Below are positions 1-7,770 of a DNA stretch of 24,000 nucleotides, piece after piece; the first letter of the stretch is position 1, and each line of letters opens with the position of its first letter. Both the position numbers and the translations under genes were made by a program. The stretch is from Caldilineaceae bacterium (GTDB taxonomy: Bacteria; Chloroflexota; Anaerolineae; Caldilineales; Caldilineaceae): assembly GCA_965208275.1 (NCBI GenBank), contig OZ242331.1, forward strand, positions 2,093,225 to 2,117,224, in the 5' to 3' direction. Under the pieces are notes generated by a model. It saw only the letters and a list, made by a program, of their open reading frames with translations. It searched no databases and was not told the DNA's origin.

Positions 1-36
1 GTCCGAAGGCTGAGCAGCCGCAAGAGGCAGGTCGAT

Positions 37-846
37 ATGACGCAGCACAATCTGACGCTGGGGGCAATCTACCCCGACGACATGTGGATCGATAGCGACA
101 TAAATCGCATGCTGGACGAGTTTCGCAAATTCCTGCCGCAGCATGTGCCGATGGTTACGGTCCGCACGCACGTGCCGATGTTCCTGGAGGAGGACGGTGA
201 GCCGGAGGACGATGCCAGCGTCGAGCTGGGCAGGTGGCTGGCGGAAAACGGGGATATCGAAACGGCTGCGGCGCGTCTGATGCGGCTCGAGCCCAGCCTG
301 TTCGCCTACTACTGCACGACGGCAAGCTTCGTTTCGGGCGTGGCCGGCGACGAGGCGCTGAAGCAGCGGGTGGAGGACGCGACGGGGCTGCCGTGCACGA
401 CGGCGAGCAGCGCGATCGTGTGCGCGCTGCGCCATTTGGGCATCAGCCGGGTGGCGACCGCCTCGCCGTACATGGAGGACGTGAACCGGGCGCTGGGCCG
501 CTACCTGGCGGAGTGCGACATCGAGGTGGTGAACAGCAACCCGCTGCACCGCCTGCAGGACCACGGAATCGTGCCGCCGTCAACCATTCGCGAGGCCGCG
601 CGCATGGCTGACGTGCCCGAGGCGGAGGCAATTCTGATCAGCTGCACCGGCCAGAAGACGGCCGACTTTATCACCGACCTGGAAGAGGAGATCGGCAAGC
701 CGGTGATTACCTCCAACCAGGCGACCGGCTGGCAGGCTCTCAATATGCTCGGCGTCGAGCCCTGCCTGCCGCGACGCGGTACACTATTCGAAAAAAGATC
801 GGACACAAACAACTCGAGGAACGAACCGCATGGCCCGGAAAATTGA
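37..846 (+). CDS. Asp/Glu/hydantoin racemase-superfamily enzyme, maleate cis-trans isomerase or arylmalonate decarboxylase-like
   Basis: 269-aa ORF. Two-cysteine pattern typical of the family: YYCTTASF (Cys about 93) and LISCTGQKT (Cys about 203), plus C-terminal VITSNQATGW. GAGG lies about 9 nt upstream of the ATG. The frame stays open to the window start, but the length and N-terminus fit a start at 37. Confidence 0.7.
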   Translation: MTQHNLTLGAIYPDDMWIDSDINRMLDEFRKFLPQHVPMVTVRTHVPMFLEEDGEPEDDASVELGRWLAENGDIETAAARLMRLEPSLFAYYCTTASFVSGVAGDEALKQRVEDATGLPCTTASSAIVCALRHLGISRVATASPYMEDVNRALGRYLAECDIEVVNSNPLHRLQDHGIVPPSTIREAARMADVPEAEAILISCTGQKTADFITDLEEEIGKPVITSNQATGWQALNMLGVEPCLPRRGTLFEKRSDTNNSRNEPHGPEN

Positions 847-1315
847 GATCTCATTTGAAAAACACAGTGCCCGCGCCGTGGCTGAACTGGCCGACGACGC
901 CGCGCCTCTGACGGCCGATGCGGTCTGGAACGCACTGCCGCTGTCGGGCGCGGCCTATCATGCCAAGTGGGCCAACAACGAAGTGTACATTCTGACGCCG
1001 CCGTTCGCCGAGCAGGAACCGGGAAAAGAGAATGCCACGGTTTTCCCGATTCCCGGCGACATTCTCTATCTGCCGGTGCCCAAGGGGACTGTGGTCATGC
1101 CCGAAATGCTGGAGCAGTGCCGCAGAACGGGCCTGATCGACCTTGCCATCTTCTACGGGCGGGACAACTACCTGCTGGGGCCGGACGGTCACATGCCGGG
1201 GAACCTGTTCGCCACCATCACAGAGGGGCTTGAGGAATTGGCCGCGACGTGCCAGGACCTTTGGCGCAACGGCGCAGGCGACGAACGCATGACCTTCAGC
1301 CGGCTTGAGGAGTAA
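830..1315 (+). CDS. Small cyclophilin-like-fold protein, DUF3830-like (recalled from memory)
   Basis: 161-aa ORF that overlaps the upstream gene by 17 nt, suggesting translational coupling. GAGGAA lies 8 nt upstream of the ATG. Size and the pairing with a racemase-superfamily gene match my recollection of DUF3830. No catalytic motif recognised. Confidence 0.5.
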   Translation: MARKIEISFEKHSARAVAELADDAAPLTADAVWNALPLSGAAYHAKWANNEVYILTPPFAEQEPGKENATVFPIPGDILYLPVPKGTVVMPEMLEQCRRTGLIDLAIFYGRDNYLLGPDGHMPGNLFATITEGLEELAATCQDLWRNGAGDERMTFSRLEE

Positions 1316-1337
1316 CCGGCTTTCCCTTCGAAAACTA

Positions 1338-1367
1338 CCGGCGGACCGAATAGACTCGGTCCGCCGG
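1338..1367. terminator. Bidirectional intrinsic terminator hairpin between convergent genes
   Basis: Perfect 12-bp stem ccggcggaccga / tcggtccgccgg with 6-nt loop atagac. On the minus sense it is followed by tagttttcg (a run of four T), ending the LmbE operon. The plus-sense tail ccttctcc is weaker. Confidence 0.7.
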
Positions 1368-1379
1368 CCTTCTCCGGAC

Positions 1380-2294
1380 TCAGTCCTCGTACATCTCTTT
1401 GGTCATCCGATGGCGCGATGTAAATGAGGCATCCGGCGGCAGCGGCATCAAGCCGCCCACCATTTCGCTGCGCCGTCCCATGTGGGCCGACTGCGGCTCG
1501 GTTATGCGCGCCAGTTCGGCGTCAGTGATCGGGAGCGTGTAGCGGACAAGGGGCGTGAAGCGCTGAAACTGCTCGGCGTAGGCGACGAGGGCCTTGTTGC
1601 CGTAATGCCCGTCTGACGATTCGGCGCGCTTGCGGGCATACGCGCCGCCGTAGTACTGGCTGGCGATCTCGTCCAGGGCGCGCACCTTCTTGTCGATCAC
1701 GTCGGTGATGTCGATGTACACGTCGGCGCGGGCGGTCCCGGCGTATTCCAGACTGTCGTTGCCGACGTAGGCCATCGGGTTCATGAAATAGATGCAGGGA
1801 ATGGGATGACGCTCCTGGCGGCCGCGGCCCGAGCCCTGCGCCTGCTGCCAGGCGTAGAGCGCGCACTGGCCGGTCGAGCCGTGCATCTTGAAGCCGCCGC
1901 TCTCGAACGGCTGGTGCGTGATCATAAGGTCGGGCTTGACCGCGCGAATCACCTCGGCGATGGCGTCGATCTTGTCCTGCGTGACAAGAACGTCGTCGTC
2001 CTCAAAGCCGAGGTCGCGCACGTCGTCGAAGCCGAGTGTCCGGCACGCCCGCCGCACCTCCTCCAGCTTCTCCTCGACCGCCTGTGCGACGAACTGCTCC
2101 ACGTCCAGATCGGCGCCGGCCCGGCGCTTCTGCTCGCCAAGCTCCCAGTGGTGGGAGCGCACGCCCGTTGTAAGAATGGCCGCGGTTACGCTGTCGCCCT
2201 GGTCGACGTGGTGGGCGAGTGTGCCGCCGGCCATATCGAAGCTGTCGGCCGGATGCGCCGCGACCAGAAGAATCTGTATCGGTCTGCTTGCCAT
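1380..2294 (-). CDS. PIG-L / LmbE family N-acetyl-sugar deacetylase
   Basis: N-terminal ILLVAAHPADSFDMAGGTLA matches the AHPDD(E) LmbE signature. I chose the ATG at 2294 (304 aa), which has GGGAG 6 nt upstream. The track start at 2342 is a TTG forming a TTGA overlap with the upstream stop and remains an alternative. Confidence 0.75.
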   Translation of the reverse strand: MASRPIQILLVAAHPADSFDMAGGTLAHHVDQGDSVTAAILTTGVRSHHWELGEQKRRAGADLDVEQFVAQAVEEKLEEVRRACRTLGFDDVRDLGFEDDDVLVTQDKIDAIAEVIRAVKPDLMITHQPFESGGFKMHGSTGQCALYAWQQAQGSGRGRQERHPIPCIYFMNPMAYVGNDSLEYAGTARADVYIDITDVIDKKVRALDEIASQYYGGAYARKRAESSDGHYGNKALVAYAEQFQRFTPLVRYTLPITDAELARITEPQSAHMGRRSEMVGGLMPLPPDASFTSRHRMTKEMYED

Positions 2295-2338
2295 GAAGGA
2301 CTCCCTTGACGTGGATGGGCCTTGCGCGGCCTTGCGGC

Positions 2339-3898
2339 TCAATTGAGCGGTGGGAAGAATGTGAGATCGGCCCCGAAGTTGGACATGGCCGCCACGGAGT
2401 CGCCGCGCAGCTGCACGCCAATCTCGCGCGTCCGGTGCTTCAATACGATTTTCGACTCAGCCAGGTTGAATTCGATCGCAACCCATCGATTCAGTTGCGG
2501 GCGGCTCAAAACAAGGTAGCCGTTGCTCCACTGGTGCCCGCTCCCGATCCCGTCTACCCTGACCGAATCGGGCGTAACCCAGGTGGGTATACGGACGTAG
2601 AGCGGGCCCGGTCGTTTGACGCGCACGCGCAGGCTCCCGTTTGTATACGGGGACTCAACCGCAACCGCGTCTGTTTCTCGATCGAAGAGCAGGTGCACCC
2701 AGTGCCCGGCTTCGTCCGACACCACCGTTTGACGCATTGCTTCGCACAGTGAAGCCACTGCCCCGCCGACAATGTCCATGTTGAAGCTGATCCTCGTCGC
2801 GTCCAGCGGCTTATGGCCGTAGGGCGCGGGAAAGCCAAATGCGCCAAGATGACGCGCGGCGACATCCCTTTTGCCATCCTCGTCTTGCGGGTTGTCAGGC
2901 TCGCGAATGAAAGAGGTGTCGCGCAGCTGCGAAGGCAGCAGATGGCAGCGCAGAATCCTTTCGGCGTCCTCAAAATATGCTGGATACCCCCACTTCCCCA
3001 GAATCAGCGCCGTCTCGACGATGTCGCCCGTGTTGTTGACCTCGCCACGGTCCGGGTCGACGCGGTCGGCGCTGCTTTCGATGACCCAGCCGATCTCGTC
3101 GCGGATCTCGTTCAGTCCGTTGTCGTAAAATGCCCTCACCCTCTCCATCAAAGGCGCGTCTCGGTTCAGATCGGCCAGCTGGGCCAATGATGAAAGTACG
3201 CAAGTTGTCGAATGTGTATGCGTGCCGAAAGACTCACGGTCGTATCCGCCGCCGGGCAGGAAGAACTCGTCGGTGGCCTTACGCGCCAGCTCCAGTGCCA
3301 GGTCGAGCGCGCCCTTGCAACCCGTGTAGCGATGCAGCTTTACAAGCGGGCCGATCGCGCGGGCCAGGCCGGCAACGAATGTCGTGGAATGGAAGTCGAT
3401 CTCGTCGCCCAGGGCGGCCCTGTCCCACCCTTGTTCCCGGTCCCACAGCCGCTGGATCGCCTCGATGCTTGCTTCGGCCGTTGCCAGGGCCTGCTCGGAG
3501 CCGCGGAAGCGGGCCAGCGCGTAGAGGGCGTGAAAGCCCTCGCGTACATCGTGGGGAGAGAAGTGCTTGAGCCTGCCGCCGATGCGGTCGCGGTTGAGCG
3601 GCAGCGAATGTTCGCCGGAGTAGGACAAAAAGGCGGCGCGCGCGTGCCGGTCGATACAGCCCTCGTCGATATAGACGCCGGCTGCGTCTTCGGCGCTCAG
3701 GAGCGCGTTCAGATGACGCCCCGGAACATGGGACTCGTTATGCGTCGAGCTGAAACTCAGCCTCGCTTCCGGCCACACCTGCGAACCGAAAAAGGGAACG
3801 TCATCGTCATCGGCGTTGAAGACGGAACACATCGTCCGGCAGCCCAGCCGGATCGCTTCTCTGATATCCGCCGTGTTGACGTCGGCAAGCATCGTCAC
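2339..3898 (-). CDS. Six-hairpin (alpha/alpha)6-barrel plus C-terminal beta-sandwich protein, DUF1680/GH127-like architecture, specificity unknown
   Basis: The C-terminal pattern LYVRIPTWV..VRVDG..NGYLVLSR..NRWVAIEFNL resembles the GH127/DUF1680 tail. The helical N-terminal part is rich in repeats. No CC dipeptide or ETCA-like Zn/Cys site is seen, so it is not a canonical GH127. Start set to GTG 3898, with AAGGAG at 3905-3910 and a 6-nt spacer. The track start at 3997 overlaps the upstream gene and has no RBS. Confidence 0.55.
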   Translation of the reverse strand: MTMLADVNTADIREAIRLGCRTMCSVFNADDDDVPFFGSQVWPEARLSFSSTHNESHVPGRHLNALLSAEDAAGVYIDEGCIDRHARAAFLSYSGEHSLPLNRDRIGGRLKHFSPHDVREGFHALYALARFRGSEQALATAEASIEAIQRLWDREQGWDRAALGDEIDFHSTTFVAGLARAIGPLVKLHRYTGCKGALDLALELARKATDEFFLPGGGYDRESFGTHTHSTTCVLSSLAQLADLNRDAPLMERVRAFYDNGLNEIRDEIGWVIESSADRVDPDRGEVNNTGDIVETALILGKWGYPAYFEDAERILRCHLLPSQLRDTSFIREPDNPQDEDGKRDVAARHLGAFGFPAPYGHKPLDATRISFNMDIVGGAVASLCEAMRQTVVSDEAGHWVHLLFDRETDAVAVESPYTNGSLRVRVKRPGPLYVRIPTWVTPDSVRVDGIGSGHQWSNGYLVLSRPQLNRWVAIEFNLAESKIVLKHRTREIGVQLRGDSVAAMSNFGADLTFFPPLN

Positions 3899-3918
3899 CT
3901 GATTCTCCTTGATTTGAC

Positions 3919-5613
3919 TCAGGACCGCGCCTGAAACTGGAAGCCGTAAAGAGTGGACTCGAGCAACGAGAATTGGACCCGCACAGGCCTGTTCCACAGT
4001 TGACGCAAGTCAGGCCCGCCTTCCCAGGCCGCCGTATGCCAGATCTGCGAAGACGGCGCGTGCAGCGGGACCGACTGCTCCAGGCTGAAGCCGGGATAAG
4101 GCTTGAGTTCGGAATCGAGCAGTGCGACGCGCAGCGAGCCATAGGCGCAGTCGGCGTTGACCCGCAGCTCGTCGCCTTCGAATACAAACTGCTTCGTAAC
4201 GACCTGGCCCAATTCATATCTGGGACGGACCGCGGCCCAGCCGTCCTCGCGCAGCACAAGGCCGCCGATGCCGCGTTGCATAGACGCTTCCCGCCGCACT
4301 CTGTCCATCATCGGACTGCCCATCCCGTGCCGGCTCAGCTCTTCGATATGATGGCGGGAAGCCCTGGCTGCTGCCGCGGGCGCATGGTTGGAGACCCCGG
4401 CGGGCCGCGTGTCGCGCTGCTTGTGCGGAAAGGCGGAGTAGGCGATCACCATTCTGCCGTTATGCAGCAGGTAGTCGGATACGGTATGGGCCAGGTAGCC
4501 GTAGTCCTGGCTGCCGGGCGGTCCGTTGTCCGCCCAGGGCCGGTAGCCGTCGGCGCGAAAGAACCGATGGCCGTCGCGGCTGGCGTACAGCGCGGCCTTG
4601 ACATGGAACTGATCGCGCTGGTTGCTGCCGTCGCGGTTGACCAGCCACTGGTGTTCGCCGTGCGCCTCCTCGACGATGCCGATGTATAGGCCCCCCTCCT
4701 TGCGCACGGACATCGTGTGGAGCTCGACATTGGGGCCGACGCCGGGGTCCCAGTCGCCCGAAAGGATGACCTGTTTGGGCGACCAGTTGATGAAGTCGGC
4801 GCTCTCCTGGCGGCCGATCGTGCGGATGTGCAGGTGGCTGGCGAATGCGTGCGAGGCCTGCGAGTAGCCGGCCCACTTGCCATAGGCATCGTCCCAGATG
4901 ACGCGCATCTGGTGGTGATGGCGGAAGGGCGTGTCGTCGCTTATCACCTGCCAGCTAATCCCGTCCGGCGATGCGGCAACGCGTGACATGACGCGATTGC
5001 CGCGGCGGACGGCCTCCATCGATGGGTTGTAGACGGCCAGGAACTTGCGCGACGGGTCGCTCCTGTCCTGATTGAGAACAATGGTGCCGTTGTCGAAGTC
5101 CCGCATGACGATATTGGTACGCTGCTGGTCCGCGAACGGCTGACTGTCGTCGCGCATCGGCTTGTGCCACTGCAGCGCGTCGGCAGATTCGGCGTAGCAA
5201 AGCACGACCTCGGTCCCCTGCGCCGAGTTCGTGTTGCCGCTCACCAGCGTTTTGTACCACATCTTGTAGAGACCGTCGTCCGGGTCGTACAGGGCCGCCG
5301 CCGGGACACAGGTGAAGTGGTAGCGCTCCCAGGGCAGGTCCTCGTACGCGATGAGAGGGGACGCCGCCTTGTCCGGCCTCACGATGATCCGCTCCGCATC
5401 GATCAGTTCATCCAGAATGTAGTTGTCGAGGAAGAGTTGCTTTTGCCTGCCGATATGCTTGAATGGGAGGCGGTAGGGCGGATTGAAGTAGGGGTAGGTG
5501 AGGGGGTCCACGGGCCGATCACCCGCCCAGGTCTCCTCCATCGCCCGATTGGTGTCGGCGAGTTCGGTCTCGCTTCGCGCTTCTGGAGCAAGATGCAGAT
5601 CGCCTTCGGCCAT
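3919..5613 (-). CDS. Cytoplasmic beta-propeller glycosidase-like protein with C-terminal beta-sandwich (GH32/43/68-clan-like), paralog 1
   Basis: 564 aa. Contains QLFLDNYILD, YDPDDGLYKMWY, SPDGISW and a C-terminal LVLREDGWAAV..TKQFVFEGDELRVNAD..LRVALLD jelly-roll pattern like GH32-type C-domains. GGGAGGA lies 4 nt upstream of the ATG. No signal peptide. Clear paralog of 9461..11110. Confidence 0.6.
   Translation of the reverse strand: MAEGDLHLAPEARSETELADTNRAMEETWAGDRPVDPLTYPYFNPPYRLPFKHIGRQKQLFLDNYILDELIDAERIIVRPDKAASPLIAYEDLPWERYHFTCVPAAALYDPDDGLYKMWYKTLVSGNTNSAQGTEVVLCYAESADALQWHKPMRDDSQPFADQQRTNIVMRDFDNGTIVLNQDRSDPSRKFLAVYNPSMEAVRRGNRVMSRVAASPDGISWQVISDDTPFRHHHQMRVIWDDAYGKWAGYSQASHAFASHLHIRTIGRQESADFINWSPKQVILSGDWDPGVGPNVELHTMSVRKEGGLYIGIVEEAHGEHQWLVNRDGSNQRDQFHVKAALYASRDGHRFFRADGYRPWADNGPPGSQDYGYLAHTVSDYLLHNGRMVIAYSAFPHKQRDTRPAGVSNHAPAAAARASRHHIEELSRHGMGSPMMDRVRREASMQRGIGGLVLREDGWAAVRPRYELGQVVTKQFVFEGDELRVNADCAYGSLRVALLDSELKPYPGFSLEQSVPLHAPSSQIWHTAAWEGGPDLRQLWNRPVRVQFSLLESTLYGFQFQARS
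4775..4815. repeat. 41-nt tract identical to 10296..10336 (inside paralogous genes)
   Basis: ttgggcgaccagttgatgaagtcggcgctctcctggcggcc occurs at both sites and encodes GRQESADFINWSPK on the minus strand. Confidence 0.9.
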
Positions 5614-6012
5614 TGCGTCCTCCCGGACAAAAAACTGTGGCGGTTCATACGGGAAAACTGTCCCAAGGTACAGCTCGGCCGCCTGCGGCGTAACCGAAAC
5701 GAAATCTGTAGAGCCGGCAGCCAGCCAACTCTATCTTCAGCCGGATCGGCCGATTGCACAAACTGCGCCAGTCCGAACTGCCGTGCTAGATGCGTTCGCT
5801 CTGTCGCCGGACCACCATTTGCTCGAAGGCCTGTTTCTTCTCTTTGGCACTTGCCGCGTGCAGTTCCATGTGAATTGCGGCAGGGCGAAAACGGGAACCA
5901 TCGGCAGTCGGCTTCCGTTCGTTCGGCAATGGGTAGGACGTCAAGCGTTGGAGCGCTGCCCCACTTGGTGAATGGAACCTGAAGCGCTTCCCGGATTCCT
6001 GGAGGACCGGTT

Positions 6013-6720
6013 TTGCAGAAACAAACAGATCGTACTTCGCATAACGCGCAGCCATCTGCCGTCCGGAGATTCCTTCTTGCCGCAACTGTCCTGCTACTGT
6101 CGCTCGTGGCGGCGGCAGGCTACTTTCTCGCCAATGCGTACCGTGAGGGCCAGGAAATTCGTCGATACGTGGGTGGACCGTTCGGCCAGCAGCTGCTTTA
6201 CATGCAGGCGTGCGTATTGACAGACCGCGCCGGCGCCGCCGGCGCGGACTCTCTTGAAGCCCAGCTGGATACCTGCCGGCGCGGCCGCAGCCCCCAGGCC
6301 GGTTACTTTGTCTACGACTTCAACATCGGCAGGTCGGTCCCTCTTGGCGAAGAGGACCTGGCGCTGTGGAAGGAGTACGCCGTGTTCTCCTTTCCAGACT
6401 CCGTCGACGGGGAGGTCGTTGCCAGCGAGTCCAATCCGTTCAATCGTATCGTCCCGTTCGCAGACTTTACGGGCTTCGACTACGACTGTCTGCCCGTTGG
6501 GGACACAAGCGACTTTGCTTGCAAACGCGCCCCGGCTTCGTGCGACCTGAGCGCCCACTCGATCCGTTGCAGCGTGACGGACCCGCATACGGGAGAATCT
6601 GAACTGCACGTCATCGAGCGCGACCCAAAACTGGATCTCCTGCTGCCGCACGGATTCATCACCGGTCCGGATATCTTTAAGATGCTGAAACCACGCTTCT
6701 TCCCCCGGCTTGACAGCTAA
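6013..6720 (+). CDS. Hypothetical membrane-anchored, Cys-rich protein
   Basis: 235 aa with a TTG start and GGAGGA (6001-6006) 6 nt upstream. N-terminal signal-anchor helix FLLAATVLLLSLVAAAGYFLA. Six cysteines in the predicted extracytoplasmic part. No recognisable family. It is one of only three plus-strand genes, and the only one inside the minus-strand block. Confidence 0.55.
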   Translation: MQKQTDRTSHNAQPSAVRRFLLAATVLLLSLVAAAGYFLANAYREGQEIRRYVGGPFGQQLLYMQACVLTDRAGAAGADSLEAQLDTCRRGRSPQAGYFVYDFNIGRSVPLGEEDLALWKEYAVFSFPDSVDGEVVASESNPFNRIVPFADFTGFDYDCLPVGDTSDFACKRAPASCDLSAHSIRCSVTDPHTGESELHVIERDPKLDLLLPHGFITGPDIFKMLKPRFFPRLDS

Positions 6721-6779
6721 CGGCGCACGCCGCTACTGCATTGTGCAATCGGCGGCAAGCAGGCCCGGGACGCGCGCGG

Positions 6780-7556
6780 TCAGGCAGGAAAATGTTGCAC
6801 CGGACGTCGCTTGCCCCGCCTGTGGGCGTACAGCTCCTGCAGCGGCTGCGGGAATCTGTCAAAGATGTCGGCAGGGACGAAGGCGGCATTGCGCTTGCCG
6901 TACTCCGTGCTCAGCCACCAGGGCGAATAACGGGCGACCACTGAGGTGCGGGTCTCGTCGGTCGTGTTGGCTCCGCGCGAGTGCCAGATGCGGCTGTCGA
7001 TCAGCACCACGTCGCCGGCATCGCCGCAGACCTGCCGCTCGTTCGGAATCGCGCTGTGCTCGTCGATTCCGTCCTTCTCCCCGCGCGGGTTTGTGGGCTC
7101 GCGATGCGTGCCGGGCACGACCCACGTGGCGCCGTTCTCAGGCGTGAACTGATAGAGCATCCAGATGGAAGTGATGCTCATGATCATGTCGGGGAACGGC
7201 TGATTGACGCGCCCGCAGAAGGAACGGTCGGTCAGATCATGCGGCCAGTCGGTGTGAAAGCCGCGCCACGCCGGCGGATCGCTCCTGGGCGGAACGCTCT
7301 TGAACTCGGTCTGCGAAATGCGGACTGTGGCGTGGTTGAACATCGTCCGTACGATGCTCAGCAGTCTTGCGTCGGCAAAATAGGGCGCCAGCGAGAGCAT
7401 GTGGGTGACGGCAGACCAGTCGAGCTCATTGTATGCCTTGAGCCCGGCCACCATTGCGTTATCAATGTCGCTGCGAATGCCGCTTATCTCACCCTCGGGG
7501 ATTACGCCCTTGAGTAGACAGAAGCCGTCGCGGCGCAGCTGCGAAATCTCTTCCAT
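6780..7556 (-). CDS. Phytanoyl-CoA dioxygenase (PhyH) family Fe(II)/2-oxoglutarate-dependent oxygenase
   Basis: 258 aa. HxD facial-triad motif in GFHTDWPHD, distal His in IWHSRGANTT, and Arg in SVVARYSPWW. GGAGAG lies about 4 nt upstream of the ATG. Confidence 0.75.
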   Translation of the reverse strand: MEEISQLRRDGFCLLKGVIPEGEISGIRSDIDNAMVAGLKAYNELDWSAVTHMLSLAPYFADARLLSIVRTMFNHATVRISQTEFKSVPPRSDPPAWRGFHTDWPHDLTDRSFCGRVNQPFPDMIMSITSIWMLYQFTPENGATWVVPGTHREPTNPRGEKDGIDEHSAIPNERQVCGDAGDVVLIDSRIWHSRGANTTDETRTSVVARYSPWWLSTEYGKRNAAFVPADIFDRFPQPLQELYAHRRGKRRPVQHFPA

Positions 7557-7578
7557 ACCGTCTCTCCGCTGGCGTGAA

Positions 7579-7612
7579 GCGCCGGCCCGCGCAAGGAGGT
7601 GTCGGCCGGCGC
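7579..7612 (-). other. GC-rich hairpin in the 5' leader of the PhyH gene
   Basis: 9-bp stem gcgccggcc / ggccggcgc with a 16-nt loop. On the minus sense the loop carries CCUCCUU, complementary to Shine-Dalgarno sequences. It lies 23-56 nt upstream of ATG 7556. No U-tract follows, so it is not a classic terminator. Confidence 0.4.
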
Positions 7613-7613
7613 G

Positions 7614-7693
7614 GCCTGAGTCTACGCGAACCAGGCAGGGCGTAGAGGATTCAGAGCGTTCCTCTACAGTTCCCCTGCCTGGTAGCCTGAGTC
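7614..7693. repeat. 62-bp palindromic element (7623..7684) flanked by 9-bp direct repeats GCCTGAGTC; MITE/REP-like
   Basis: Direct repeats lie at 7614-7622 and 7685-7693. The termini are TAC[GCGAA]CCAGGCAGGG and CCCTGCCTGGTA, which form an inverted repeat. There is an inner 8-bp stem gtagagga/tcctctac and an outer 10-bp stem ccaggcaggg/ccctgcctgg (7631-7640 / 7673-7682). Confidence 0.5.
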
Positions 7694-7770
7694 ATGCTCG
7701 GTAACCCGGCTTAAGGCCCGGTCAGGTTGCTACGATTTGCAGTTGCCCCGGCAGCTTGGCGCTCGCACGA

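Noticed and set aside
2339-3898. Calling this gene a bona fide GH127 beta-L-arabinofuranosidase
   Set aside because: Only the overall architecture and the C-terminal sandwich pattern resemble DUF1680/GH127. The Cys-Cys/Glu-x-Cys zinc-site signature I recall for HypBA1 is not visible, so only a fold-level call is made.
5786-6085. 99-aa minus-strand ORF in the divergent intergenic region
   Set aside because: No RBS at any of its Met codons. It overlaps the RBS-supported start of 6013..6720, and its composition is not convincing.
6729-6756. Possible terminator between convergent genes 6013..6720 and 6780..7556
   Set aside because: It has only a 5-bp GC stem (gccgc/gcggc) with an 18-nt loop and a 4-bp inner stem, and no T-run on either strand. 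That is too weak to call.
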